Source of the DNA: Enterobacteriaceae bacterium LSJC7
GTDB taxonomy: Bacteria > Pseudomonadota > Gammaproteobacteria > Enterobacterales > Enterobacteriaceae
Assembly (NCBI GenBank): GCA_000302695.1
Contig: AMFN01000002.1
Span: 403,948-435,947, forward strand
Reading direction: 5' to 3'
Length of the DNA stretch: 32,000 nucleotides
Positions 23,155 to 32,000 of this stretch are shown piece after piece; positions within the stretch are counted from its first letter, which is position 1; each line of letters opens with the position of its first letter. The notes beneath the pieces were generated by a model, which was not told the origin of the DNA, did no database searches, and saw nothing but the letters and a program-made list of their open reading frames with translations. The translations under genes were made by a program, and so were the position numbers.

Positions 23155-23275
23155 GACGGCATCTTTCCATCCGGGTTGCCGTTTCGCTAGCCGTAAAATG
23201 ATACAAATATCGATAAAGAGTATCAACATGAAAATAGATGTAACATTTTGTGTATTTTAGGGAACTTTGTGAACC
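23155..23275 (-). promoter_or_regulatory. ompF promoter (-10 AAAGAT) and OmpR-binding F1-F2-F3-equivalent region
   Basis: On the minus strand the -10 AAAGAT lies at 23161-23166. Upstream, …GTTCACAAAGTTCC(23261-23274)CTAAAATACACAAAATGTTACATCTATTTTCATGTTGATACTCTTTATCGATATTTGTATCATTTTACGGCTAGCGAAAC aligns with the E. coli F1-F3 OmpR boxes (…GGTTACATATTTTTTCTTTTTGAAACC…CACGGTAGCGAAAC). The assignment is by homology from memory and is not experimentally tested. Confidence 0.6.
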
Positions 23276-23642
23276 AACTCAAACTTCGCGCATTCTGAGG
23301 GGGATTTTTCTGGGTTTAACGTTAGCTATATGAATTTATTATAGTTAATTGCAATATTGTCACGGGGGTGAGGACGCCCAGCGCCTTCATGACGTTTTAT
23401 CGGCATATTTTACGCATCTGCGCAGGATGTATCGCATTAAGCTATTCGTGCTGTTGAAATGTTGCAATTTTGAGTGTTTTTGTCATAGTTGTGTATCAAA
23501 TGCGTTTGTTTTTAAGAAATGTTTAGTCATAAATACTGAAACATATAAATGTCTGTGTCCTTAAAGCCTGTCATCTTTTTACAAAACTTGAATCTCAGAG
23601 CGAGAGAGGCGCAGACGTTGTGACGGGAATAGAAGACGGGCA

Positions 23643-23668
23643 TAAAAAAGGCCGACAATGTGTCGGCC
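23643..23668 (-). terminator. Rho-independent terminator of asnS
   Basis: On the minus strand, GGCCGACA-CAT-TGTCGGCC is followed by T6 (plus-strand A run 23644-23649). It begins 21 nt after the asnS stop. Confidence 0.85.
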
Positions 23669-23688
23669 TGGAGGCGTGAATATTTCTC

Positions 23689-25089
23689 TTAGAAGCTGGC
23701 GTTACGCGGTGTACGCGGGAAGGGGATAACGTCACGCACGTTCTGTACACCCGTTACGTAGGCAATCAGGCGCTCAAAGCCCAGGCCGAAGCCGGAGTGG
23801 GGTACGGTGCCATAGCGACGCAGGTCGCGATACCACCAGTAGTCTTCTTTATTAAGACCCATCTCCGCCATACGGGCATCAAGAACGTCCAGACGCTCTT
23901 CACGTTGGGAGCCGCCGATGATTTCACCGATGCCCGGTGCCAGTACGTCCATTGCCGCAACGGTTTTACCGTCTTCGTTAAGGCGCATATAAAAGGCTTT
24001 AATGTCTTTCGGGTAGTTTTTCACCACCACTGGTGCTTTAAAGTGTTTCTCGGCCAGGTAACGCTCATGCTCGGATGCGAGATCCACGCCCCAGTAAACC
24101 GGGTTTTCAAATTTCTCGCCGCACTTCTCAAGAATGGCGACCGCATCGGTATAGTCTACCTGCGCAAAATCAGCGGCAACAAAACGCTCCAGGCGCTCAA
24201 TGGCTTCTTTATCGACGCGCTCGGCAAAGAACTGCATATCGTCACGGCGCTCATCAAGTACCGCTTTGAAGACATACTTCAGCATGGCTTCTGCCAGTGA
24301 GGCAACATCGTTGAGGTTAGCAAAGGCGACTTCAGGCTCCAGCATCCAGAACTCTGCCAGGTGGCGGCTGGTGTTGGAGTTTTCCGCGCGGAAGGTTGGA
24401 CCAAAGGTATAAATCTTTGACAGCGCACAGGCATAGGTTTCGCCATTGAGCTGGCCGGATACGGTCAGGAACGCTTCTTTGCCGAAGAAATCCTGCTCAT
24501 AGTCCACTTTGCCCTGGTCGTTACGCGGCAGGTTTTCCATGTCCAGCGTTGAGACGCGGAACATTTCACCGGCACCTTCGGTATCTGAGGCGGTAATCAG
24601 CGGGGTGGATACCCAGAAGAAGCCCTGTTCGTCAAAGAAACGGTGCAATGCCTGGGCCAGGGTGTGGCGCACGCGCGCAACAGCGCCAATCATATTGGTA
24701 CGCGGGCGCAGGTGTGCTACTTCACGCAGGTACTCAATGCTGTGGCGTTTTGCGGCCATCGGATAGGTATCTGGATCTTCAACCCAGCCAGTAACCTCGA
24801 CCTGAGTCGCCTGAATTTCAAAGCTCTGGCCCTGGCCTGGAGAGGCAACAACGGTGCCGGTCACAATCACGGAGCAACCGGTGGTCAGACGCAGCACGTC
24901 TTCGTTGTAATTTGGCAGAGAATTATTAATGACGGCCTGTACGGGATCAAAGCAGGAACCGTCATAAACGGCGAGGAAGGAGATACCGGCTTTAGAATCT
25001 CTACGTGTGCGTACCCATCCGCGCACGGTGACTTCACTGTCAACGGCGACGCGGCCCTGGAGTACGTCAGCTACAGGCACAACGCTCAT
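23689..25089 (-). CDS. asnS: Asparagine--tRNA ligase AsnS (class II)
   Basis: The track ORF (to 25137) has a 16-codon extension. ATG at 25089 gives [38 protein letters not shown], identical over this stretch to the E. coli AsnS N-terminus as I recall it. The product is 466 aa, with class II motifs [15 protein letters not shown] and GFGLGFERL. Confidence 0.97.
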   Translation of the reverse strand: MSVVPVADVLQGRVAVDSEVTVRGWVRTRRDSKAGISFLAVYDGSCFDPVQAVINNSLPNYNEDVLRLTTGCSVIVTGTVVASPGQGQSFEIQATQVEVTGWVEDPDTYPMAAKRHSIEYLREVAHLRPRTNMIGAVARVRHTLAQALHRFFDEQGFFWVSTPLITASDTEGAGEMFRVSTLDMENLPRNDQGKVDYEQDFFGKEAFLTVSGQLNGETYACALSKIYTFGPTFRAENSNTSRHLAEFWMLEPEVAFANLNDVASLAEAMLKYVFKAVLDERRDDMQFFAERVDKEAIERLERFVAADFAQVDYTDAVAILEKCGEKFENPVYWGVDLASEHERYLAEKHFKAPVVVKNYPKDIKAFYMRLNEDGKTVAAMDVLAPGIGEIIGGSQREERLDVLDARMAEMGLNKEDYWWYRDLRRYGTVPHSGFGLGFERLIAYVTGVQNVRDVIPFPRTPRNASF

Positions 25090-25269
25090 ATTTTTCTCTC
25101 TTAAAAGGTCTGTGATGACATCCCGGTACGCCTGCATGTTACGGCGCTACACGTGTTCGCCACGCGGTGCCGCCTGCGGATCCCGGGAAATAAAAAGTTT
25201 ACCCTGTAACAGGGGGATACCTATGTTACCTGCCAAATGCGCTCGGGCAAGCATAATTCGCATCAGATA

Positions 25270-25311
25270 AACAGAAAAGGCAGAGGAAGGAAGGGCGCAA
25301 CACGTGCGCCC
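25270..25311 (-). terminator. Probable terminator hairpin of pncB
   Basis: GGGCGCA (25293-25299) pairs with TGCGCCC (25305-25311) around a 5-nt loop, starting 6 nt after the pncB stop. The downstream minus-strand tract is T/C-rich (TTCCTTCCTCTGCCTTTTCTGTTT) rather than a clean U run. Confidence 0.5.
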
Positions 25312-25316
25312 AGAGG

Positions 25317-26519
25317 TCAGCTTGCCCGGCGTACCTGCGGCAGGTCAAAGGCTTTACGCAGTGCGCGCACAAATGCCTTGTCTTCACAGATGGTTTTACC
25401 GGGACTGTCAGAGAGTTTTGCCACCGGCTTGCCGTTACACTCGACGAGCTTAATAACAATATTCAGCGGTTTTACGCCGGGAATATCGCAGGTCAGGCGC
25501 GTACCAATGCCAAAACCAAGCTGGATGCGTGAAGCAAAATGGCGATATAGCTCGACTGCTTTCTGGAAATCGAGGTTATCGGAGAAAATCAGCGTCTTGC
25601 TGTGTGGGTCAATGCCGAGCTTCTCGTAATGAGCCACGGCTTTCTCGCCCCACTGCACCGGGTCGCCGGAGTCGTGGCGCAGCCCCTGATAGCGGGTGGC
25701 GAACTCACGACCAAAATCGCGCAGGAACGCGTCCATGGTGATGCAGTCTGTCAGCGCAATGCCGAGTTGGTCGGGGTATTCTGCCAGCCAGGCTTCCAGC
25801 GCGGCACGCTGGCTGTTAGCCAGCACCGGGCTGATTTGCTGATGTGCCTGGAACCACTCGTGTGCCTGGGTGCCCATTGGCGTAAGGTTCAGGCGGCGTG
25901 CCAGATCGTAGTTACTGGTACCGATGAACCATGGCTCCTGTTGCAGGCGTTCGACAATGGCCTGCTGCACCTCGCGCGAGAAGCGGCGGCGGGTGCCGAA
26001 ATCCATCAGACGGAACTGGCTCATGTCGAGGTTGGCAGTGATTCTACTGAAATCCTGCAACTTGCTTTCAAGTGACGCCAGCGCCATGTCGACACTCGCT
26101 TCGGGCGAGCGGAAGCGGTGCACCACTTCGCTAATGACGGCAAGCAGCGGCACTTCCCACATAATGACTTCGCGCCATGGGCCGGTCAGGCGAATATCCA
26201 GCTTGCCATTCTGGTTACTGATTTTCACCTGCTGCGGGTTATAGCGGAACTGACGCAGCCAGTTCAGGTAGTCTTTTTTAAAGAAAGGCAGGGCAGAAAG
26301 CCAGCTGAACTCATCGTCTGACAGGGCGAGGTGGCGCATATCTTCGACCTGTTCGCGGATGGCGTCAGCGTAGATACCCAGCAGATCGTCACCACGGCAG
26401 CGAAACTCTGCCGCGACATTCACATCATCATAGTGGTGAAAAACCGCCTGCTGCATATGGAGCTTGTAGGCGTCCGTATCAAGCAGGGTTTGCAGTATCG
26501 GGGAAGCGTATCGTGTCAT
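25317..26519 (-). CDS. pncB: Nicotinate phosphoribosyltransferase PncB
   Basis: The track ORF (to 26534) has a 5-codon extension. ATG at 26519 gives [30 protein letters not shown], matching the E. coli PncB N-terminus. The product is 400 aa. Confidence 0.95.
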   Translation of the reverse strand: MTRYASPILQTLLDTDAYKLHMQQAVFHHYDDVNVAAEFRCRGDDLLGIYADAIREQVEDMRHLALSDDEFSWLSALPFFKKDYLNWLRQFRYNPQQVKISNQNGKLDIRLTGPWREVIMWEVPLLAVISEVVHRFRSPEASVDMALASLESKLQDFSRITANLDMSQFRLMDFGTRRRFSREVQQAIVERLQQEPWFIGTSNYDLARRLNLTPMGTQAHEWFQAHQQISPVLANSQRAALEAWLAEYPDQLGIALTDCITMDAFLRDFGREFATRYQGLRHDSGDPVQWGEKAVAHYEKLGIDPHSKTLIFSDNLDFQKAVELYRHFASRIQLGFGIGTRLTCDIPGVKPLNIVIKLVECNGKPVAKLSDSPGKTICEDKAFVRALRKAFDLPQVRRAS

Positions 26520-26787
26520 AGCGCGTTGCGGCATCCTCTACAGGAGCGTTTCCATCAGTCAGTGCTAATACAGATAAAGACGCGGGAGTATACCCTGATT
26601 ATCGGTTTATTAAACCAGAATCACAACACAAGCGCTGCTGTGGGTCGAGGGCAATTCGTGCCGCCTGTTGCAGGAATGTAGCAGGCGTAAGGCCGCGTTG
26701 CGCAAGCAGACGATTCGCCGTGGCAACATGGCGGCAACAGGAATAGACTGTCAGACGTGACTTACGGACGATACAGAAGGCTTTTTT

Positions 26788-29400
26788 ATGACACAGCAGC
26801 CACAAGCGAAATACCGCCGCGATTACACAGCGCCGGAATTTACGATTACAGATATAGACCTGGCCTTTGAGCTGGATGCGGCCAAAACCACGGTGACTGC
26901 CGTAAGCCGGGTGCAGCGTCAGGGGAGTCACTCGGCGCCGCTGCGCCTTGACGGTGAGGATTTAACGCTTATCACCGTGGAAATTGATGGCGCCCCCTGG
27001 CAGAGCTATCGCCTGGAAGAGGGCGCACTGGTTCTTGATAACCTGCCCGACCGTTTCACGCTGACGGTGGTTAATGAAATCAGCCCGGCGGCGAATACCG
27101 CGCTGGAAGGATTGTACCAGTCTGGCGAGGCGCTATGCACCCAGTGCGAAGCAGAAGGCTTTCGTCATATCACCTGGTATCTGGACCGCCCGGACGTGCT
27201 GGCGCGCTTTACCACCAAAATTACCGCCGACAAAGCGCGTTATCCTTATTTACTGTCCAACGGTAACCGTGTGGCGCAGGGCGAGTTAGACGATGGCCGT
27301 CACTGGATGCAGTGGCAGGACCCGTTCCCAAAGCCGAGCTACCTGTTTGCGCTGGTGGCCGGTGATTTTGACGTACTGCGCGATACCTTTATCACCCGTT
27401 CCGGGCGCGACGTGGCGCTGGAGTTGTACGTTGACCGTGGCAATCTCGATCGCGCCGACTGGGCAATGACCTCGCTGAAAAACTCCATGAAGTGGGACGA
27501 AACACGCTTTGGTCTGGAGTATGACCTCGACATTTATATGATTGTCGCGGTGGATTTCTTCAACATGGGGGCAATGGAGAACAAAGGCCTTAACGTCTTT
27601 AACTCCAAATTTGTACTGGCGCGTACCGATACCGCCACGGATAAAGATTACCTGAATATTGAGCGGGTGATTGGCCACGAATACTTCCACAACTGGACCG
27701 GTAACCGCGTCACCTGCCGTGACTGGTTCCAGCTGAGCCTCAAAGAAGGGCTGACAGTATTTCGCGACCAGGAGTTCAGCTCCGATCTCGGCTCACGTGC
27801 GGTTAACCGCATCAGCAATGTGCGTACCATGCGTGGTATGCAGTTTGCCGAAGACGCAAGCCCAATGGCGCACCCGATTCGCCCGGAAATGGTCATTGAG
27901 ATGAACAACTTCTACACCCTGACGGTGTATGAAAAGGGCGCAGAAGTCATTCGCATGCTGCATACGCTGCTCGGCGAGGCAAACTTCCAGAAAGGGATGC
28001 AGCTTTATTTTGAGCGTCATGATGGCAGCGCTGCCACCTGCGACGATTTTGTGCAGGCCATGGAAGATGCGTCGAATATCGACCTGTCCCATTTCCGCCG
28101 CTGGTATAGCCAGTCCGGCACGCCAGTTGTAACCGTGCAGGATGATTATGACCCGCAGACCGAGCAGTACACGCTCACTGTCAGCCAGCACACACCACCA
28201 ACCGCCGACGGCTCAGAAAAGCTGCCGCTGCATATTCCGTTTGATATTGAGCTTTACGACAACGAAGGAAAGGTCATCCCGCTACAGCACAACGGCCATC
28301 CGGTGCACCATGTGCTCAACGTCACCCAGGCGAAGCAGACGTTTGTTTTTGACAACGTTTACTTCCAGCCGGTGCCGTCACTGCTGCGTGAGTTCTCCGC
28401 ACCGGTGAAGCTTGAATACAACTGGAGTGACGCACAGCTTACGTTCCTGATGCGCCATGCGCGTAACGACTTCTCGCGCTGGGACGCCGCGCAGAGTCTG
28501 CTTGCGACCGCCATTAAGCTTAACGTGGCGCGCCAGCAGGCAGGACAGCCGCTAACGCTTCCTCAGCACGTTGCAGATGCGTTTCGTGCTGTGCTGCTCG
28601 ATGAGCATATCGACCCGGCGCTGGCGGCCGAAATCATGACACTGCCGTCGCAAAGTGAAATTGCCGAGCTGTTTGAGATTATCGATCCGCTGGCGATTGC
28701 TTCGGTGCACAACGCGCTGACCTGCGCGCTGGCGCATGAACTTGCTGACGAACTGCTGGCGGTGTACAACGCGATGGCGGTGGATGCTTACCGTGTCGAT
28801 CACGACGACATCGGCAAGCGCGCGCTGCGTAACGTCTGCCTGCGCTATCTGGCCTTTGATGAACCGAAACTGGCCGAAGCCCTGGTGACGGCGCAATATC
28901 GTGATGCGGACAACATGACGGACGCGATAGCGGCGCTCTCAGCGGCGGTAGCCGCGCAACTGCCGTGCGCCGAAGCGCTGATGGCGCAGTACGATGAAAA
29001 ATGGCATCACGATGGCCTGGTGATGGATAAATGGCTGATGTTGCAGGCCACCAGCCCGGCCGACGACGTGCTGGCGACGGTGCGTAAGCTGCTCAACCAT
29101 CGTTCCTTCTCCATGAGTAACCCCAACCGCGTGCGCTCGCTGATTGGCGCGTTTGTTAGCGCCAACCCGGCGGCTTTCCATGCGCTCGATGGCAGCGGCT
29201 ATCAGTTCCTGGTAGAAATGTTGACCGAGCTTAACAGCCGCAACCCGCAGGTGGCTTCACGCCTGATTGAGCCGTTGATTCGCCTTAAACGTTATGATGA
29301 GAAGCGTCAGCAGCTGATGTGTGCGGCGCTGGAGCAGCTTAAAGCGCTGCCAAATCTGTCCGGCGATCTGTTTGAGAAAGTGACCAAAGCGCTGGCGTAA
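26788..29400 (+). CDS. pepN: Aminopeptidase N (M1 family)
   Basis: 870 aa, starting MTQQPQAKYRRDY. It contains the GAMEN exopeptidase motif and the zinc motif HEYFHNWTGNRVT…LKEG. It is close to E. coli PepN throughout. Confidence 0.97.
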   Translation: MTQQPQAKYRRDYTAPEFTITDIDLAFELDAAKTTVTAVSRVQRQGSHSAPLRLDGEDLTLITVEIDGAPWQSYRLEEGALVLDNLPDRFTLTVVNEISPAANTALEGLYQSGEALCTQCEAEGFRHITWYLDRPDVLARFTTKITADKARYPYLLSNGNRVAQGELDDGRHWMQWQDPFPKPSYLFALVAGDFDVLRDTFITRSGRDVALELYVDRGNLDRADWAMTSLKNSMKWDETRFGLEYDLDIYMIVAVDFFNMGAMENKGLNVFNSKFVLARTDTATDKDYLNIERVIGHEYFHNWTGNRVTCRDWFQLSLKEGLTVFRDQEFSSDLGSRAVNRISNVRTMRGMQFAEDASPMAHPIRPEMVIEMNNFYTLTVYEKGAEVIRMLHTLLGEANFQKGMQLYFERHDGSAATCDDFVQAMEDASNIDLSHFRRWYSQSGTPVVTVQDDYDPQTEQYTLTVSQHTPPTADGSEKLPLHIPFDIELYDNEGKVIPLQHNGHPVHHVLNVTQAKQTFVFDNVYFQPVPSLLREFSAPVKLEYNWSDAQLTFLMRHARNDFSRWDAAQSLLATAIKLNVARQQAGQPLTLPQHVADAFRAVLLDEHIDPALAAEIMTLPSQSEIAELFEIIDPLAIASVHNALTCALAHELADELLAVYNAMAVDAYRVDHDDIGKRALRNVCLRYLAFDEPKLAEALVTAQYRDADNMTDAIAALSAAVAAQLPCAEALMAQYDEKWHHDGLVMDKWLMLQATSPADDVLATVRKLLNHRSFSMSNPNRVRSLIGAFVSANPAAFHALDGSGYQFLVEMLTELNSRNPQVASRLIEPLIRLKRYDEKRQQLMCAALEQLKALPNLSGDLFEKVTKALA

Positions 29401-29415
29401 TTTGCCAGGCATAAG

Positions 29416-29449
29416 GGCGAGCCTCAATTAATTGAAGCTCGCCTTTTTT
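29416..29449 (+). terminator. Rho-independent terminator of pepN
   Basis: GGCGAGC (29416-29422) pairs with GCTCGCC (29437-29443), with extra internal pairing (TCAATT/AATTGA). The stem is followed by T6. It lies between the convergent pepN and ssuB genes. Confidence 0.85.
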
Positions 29450-29469
29450 ATTCCTGTGGCAAAATGTGG

Positions 29470-30243
29470 TCATCCCACCCGCGTTTTTCGCTCCCGGTCT
29501 TCGCTTTTCCCACGCTGCATCACGCGAGCCAGCACCTGGCCTTCCAGTTCAGCGAGCCGTGCCGACCCTACGCGCCGCGGGCGCGGCAGGTCAATCGTTA
29601 AATCCAGCCCGATTTTACCGTCTTCAATCAGCAGCACCCGGTCGGCCATGGCGACGGCTTCACTCACATCGTGCGTGACCAGCAGCACGGTGAAAGCGTG
29701 TTCCTGCCACAATGAGACAATAAGCTCCTGCATCTCAATGCGCGTCAGCGCATCCAGCGCGCCAAGCGGTTCATCAAGCAGTAGCAGGGCAGGGCGATGG
29801 ATTAACGCCCGCGCCAGCGCCACGCGCTGCTTCTGGCCGCCGGAAAGGGCGGCGGGCCATTCGCTGGCGCGATTTGCCAGACCAACGGCCTCAAGTGCCT
29901 GCGTTGCGGCGCTATTCCAGTTGCCTTTAAGCCCCAGGCCGACATTATCGATAACGGACTTCCACGGTAGCAACCGCGCTTCCTGGAACATCAGGCGCGT
30001 TTCTTCCTGAGCCGTTGCAAGGGGAGCGTTGCCTGCCAGAATTTCTCCGCCGCTGGCAGCCTCAAGCCCCGCCAGCAGGCGCAGCAGCGTGCTTTTACCT
30101 CCGCCGCTGCGTCCCACCACCGCAACAAACTGCCCGGCCGGAATATGCAAATCCAGCTCATTAAGGATAGTTTTTTCGCCGTAGCGTTTGCTTATGTGGT
30201 TAAGCAACAGCGGCAGACCTGGCGTCAGTCGCGCGGTATTCAT
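29470..30243 (-). CDS. ssuB: Aliphatic sulfonate ABC transporter ATP-binding protein SsuB
   Basis: 257 aa, starting MNTARL. Walker A is GRSGGGKST, the signature is LSGGQKQR and Walker B is LLLLDEP. It is close to E. coli SsuB and overlaps the ssuC stop by 4 nt. Confidence 0.93.
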   Translation of the reverse strand: MNTARLTPGLPLLLNHISKRYGEKTILNELDLHIPAGQFVAVVGRSGGGKSTLLRLLAGLEAASGGEILAGNAPLATAQEETRLMFQEARLLPWKSVIDNVGLGLKGNWNSAATQALEAVGLANRASEWPAALSGGQKQRVALARALIHRPALLLLDEPLGALDALTRIEMQELIVSLWQEHAFTVLLVTHDVSEAVAMADRVLLIEDGKIGLDLTIDLPRPRRVGSARLAELEGQVLARVMQRGKSEDRERKTRVG

Positions 30244-31028
30244 AGCGCCTCCTGTTGAAAATAGGCCGGGTTCCAGCGCAGCCAGCGCCGTTCCAGCAAC
30301 TGGGCGCTCACGTCTGCAAGTTTGCCGAGCAGGGCATAGAGCAAAATGGCAACGACCACGATATCGGTCTGCAAAAACTCGCGTGCGTTCATGGCCAGAT
30401 AACCAATACCGGCGTTAGCCGAAATGGTTTCGGCCACAATCAGCGTCAGCCACATCAGCCCCAGCGCAAAGCGCACGCCGACCATAATTGACGGCAGTGC
30501 GCCGGGCAGAATCACCTGGGTAAACAGGCTAAAGCCCGAGAGCCCGTAGCTGCGCGCCATTTCCAGCAGCCCCGGGTCGATATTGCGAATGCCATGCCAG
30601 GTGTTGATATAAATAGGAAACAGCGTTCCCAGCGCCACCAGAAAAATTTTGGCCGTCTCGTCGATGCCAAACCACAAAATCACCAGCGGGATCAGCGCCA
30701 GATGCGGCACATTGCGCAGCATCTGGACCGACGTATCCAGCAGCCGTTCGCCGAGGCGCGACAGCCCACTGATGAGCCCGAGCGCCAGGCCAATAGAGCC
30801 GCCAATGACAAAGCCGAGCAGGGCGCGCCAGCTACTGATAGCCAGGTGGTGCCACAGGTCGCCGCTGACGCACAGCGTCCAGAAGGCGCGCACCACCCCT
30901 TCTGGCGATGGAAACACCCGGTTAGCAATCCAGCCCTGCGACGCGGCGAGTTGCCAGAGTGCGAGCAGCGCCAGCGGTAGCAGCCAGGGGGTAACGCGGT
31001 TAAGCCACGGTTGTGCACGTTTTTTCAT
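30240..31028 (-). CDS. ssuC: Aliphatic sulfonate ABC transporter permease SsuC
   Basis: 262 aa polytopic permease. It contains …[13 protein letters not shown]…[22 protein letters not shown]…[10 protein letters not shown], matching E. coli SsuC. Confidence 0.93.
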   Translation of the reverse strand: MKKRAQPWLNRVTPWLLPLALLALWQLAASQGWIANRVFPSPEGVVRAFWTLCVSGDLWHHLAISSWRALLGFVIGGSIGLALGLISGLSRLGERLLDTSVQMLRNVPHLALIPLVILWFGIDETAKIFLVALGTLFPIYINTWHGIRNIDPGLLEMARSYGLSGFSLFTQVILPGALPSIMVGVRFALGLMWLTLIVAETISANAGIGYLAMNAREFLQTDIVVVAILLYALLGKLADVSAQLLERRWLRWNPAYFQQEAL

Positions 31029-31996
31029 GATTTTTCTCCAGCAAGCGCGGCGGGCTGCCAGATACGCTGGCGAATATCGATTTTTTTCGGCAGCAGGCGG
31101 TTGCTGTAAAACAGATCCGCCGTTTGTTGCTGGCGCGTGGCGATGTCGGCGCTGACGGGCTTAATGCTCATCTCCGGGCGGTGTTGCAGGTAGCGGCTAA
31201 TCACACTCTCCGGCAGGCCAATAGTCTGCGACAGCAGTTTGATACTTTGTGATTTATCGCTGCGGGTAAGGCCATCAGCCTGGCTGAAGGTCGCCAGCAC
31301 CTGCTGTAAAAACGCGGCATTCTTTTCGGTCCAGCGGCGCTCGGCCAGATAAAACGACCCGGTGAGATTCAGCGTGCGCCCGTCGGTCAGCACCCGCACG
31401 CCGCCCTGTTCAAGGGCCGCGGAATAATACGGATCCCAGATGGCCCAGGCATCAACGTTATGTTGTTGAAAGGCGGCGCGGGCATCGGCGGGCGTCAGAT
31501 AGACCGGCTGGATATCGCTAAAGCGCAGCCCGGCCTGCTGTAGCGCACGCAGCAACAGGTTGTGGGAGCTGGAGCCTTTCTGGAACGCCACTTTTTTACC
31601 TTTAAGGTCGGCCACGCGTTTAATCGGGCTTTCCTGTGTCACCAGAATCACTTCAGCGAGCGGTTTAGCCGGTTCAGCGCCCACGTACAGCAAATCCGTA
31701 CCAGCCGCCTGGGCAAAGAGAGGGGGAATATCGCCGGTGCCGCCTACATCAATGCTGCCGACGTTGAGTGCCTCCAGCAGTTGCGGACCCGCCGGAAACT
31801 CCACCCAGGTAACGCGTGTGTCTGGCCACTTTTGCTCCAGCAGGCGGTGACTTTTGGTCAGTACCATACCTACCGCGCCTTTTTGATAGCCGATGCGCAG
31901 TTCTGGTGGCGCTGCCGGCGTTGTGGCGTGGGCGCTTACACTCATAGCCCCCAGGAGCGCAAACCCGATAACCTGTCGCCTGAGGCCATTAAGCAT
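31025..31996 (-). CDS. ssuA: Aliphatic sulfonate periplasmic binding protein SsuA
   Basis: 323 aa with a signal peptide. Blocks LRIGYQKGAVGMVLTKSH, WVEFPAGPQLLEALNVGSIDVGGTGDIPP, KVAFQKGSSSHNLLLRAL, VDAWAIWDPYYSAA and QQQTADLFYSNRLLPKKIDIRQRIWQP match E. coli SsuA. The start codon is 4 nt from the window edge, so the upstream context is unseen. Confidence 0.88.
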   Translation of the reverse strand: MLNGLRRQVIGFALLGAMSVSAHATTPAAPPELRIGYQKGAVGMVLTKSHRLLEQKWPDTRVTWVEFPAGPQLLEALNVGSIDVGGTGDIPPLFAQAAGTDLLYVGAEPAKPLAEVILVTQESPIKRVADLKGKKVAFQKGSSSHNLLLRALQQAGLRFSDIQPVYLTPADARAAFQQHNVDAWAIWDPYYSAALEQGGVRVLTDGRTLNLTGSFYLAERRWTEKNAAFLQQVLATFSQADGLTRSDKSQSIKLLSQTIGLPESVISRYLQHRPEMSIKPVSADIATRQQQTADLFYSNRLLPKKIDIRQRIWQPAALAGEKS

Positions 31997-32000
31997 GGAC

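Noticed and set aside
23349-23564. Cys-rich 71-codon plus-strand ORF (internal ATG version MYRIKLFVLLKCCNFECFCHSCVSNAFVFKKCLVINTETYKCLCP) in the ompF upstream region.
   Set aside because: It starts at TTG. The internal ATG has AGG directly abutting it, so there is no proper spacing. It lies in the AT/T-rich upstream regulatory DNA of ompF, where TGT/TGC/TTT codons arise by composition. E. coli has a similarly long non-coding ompF-asnS spacer, with distal OmpR and IHF sites.

Overview
This window is a core Enterobacteriaceae chromosome segment. It is collinear, gene for gene, with the E. coli K-12 ycaI-to-ssuA region: ycaI, msbA, lpxK, ycaQ, ycaR, kdsB, ycbJ, elyC, cmoM(smtA), mukF, mukE, mukB, ldtD, mepK(ycbK), gloC(ycbL), aspC, ompF, asnS, pncB, pepN, ssuB, ssuC, ssuA. 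I call 23 protein genes. All are recognisable orthologues, identified by comparing the supplied translations with E. coli sequences and motifs as I recall them (similar but not identical, so a different genus or species). Several track ORFs carry spurious N-terminal extensions, which I trimmed (ycbJ, cmoM, mukE, mukB, asnS, pncB). Eight intrinsic-terminator-like hairpins and the ompF promoter, OmpR-box and 5'UTR region are visible. I see no tRNA, rRNA, CRISPR array, IS element, integrase, prophage remnant or inserted accessory island, and no convincing novel system. The deviations worth a second look are modest. (1) ssuD is absent between ssuA and ssuC, which are joined by a 4-nt overlap. (2) A perfect (CAGAGC)x8 microsatellite sits in an unassigned spacer between the convergent gloC and aspC terminators. 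(3) The OmpF orthologue carries substitutions at constriction-zone positions (Arg42-equivalent to Gln; L3 PEFGG to PSFSG). (4) The AT-rich 308-bp ldtD-mepK intergenic region has a perfect hairpin and short direct repeats. (5) A GGTTTA-T-TAAACC palindrome lies upstream of pncB.
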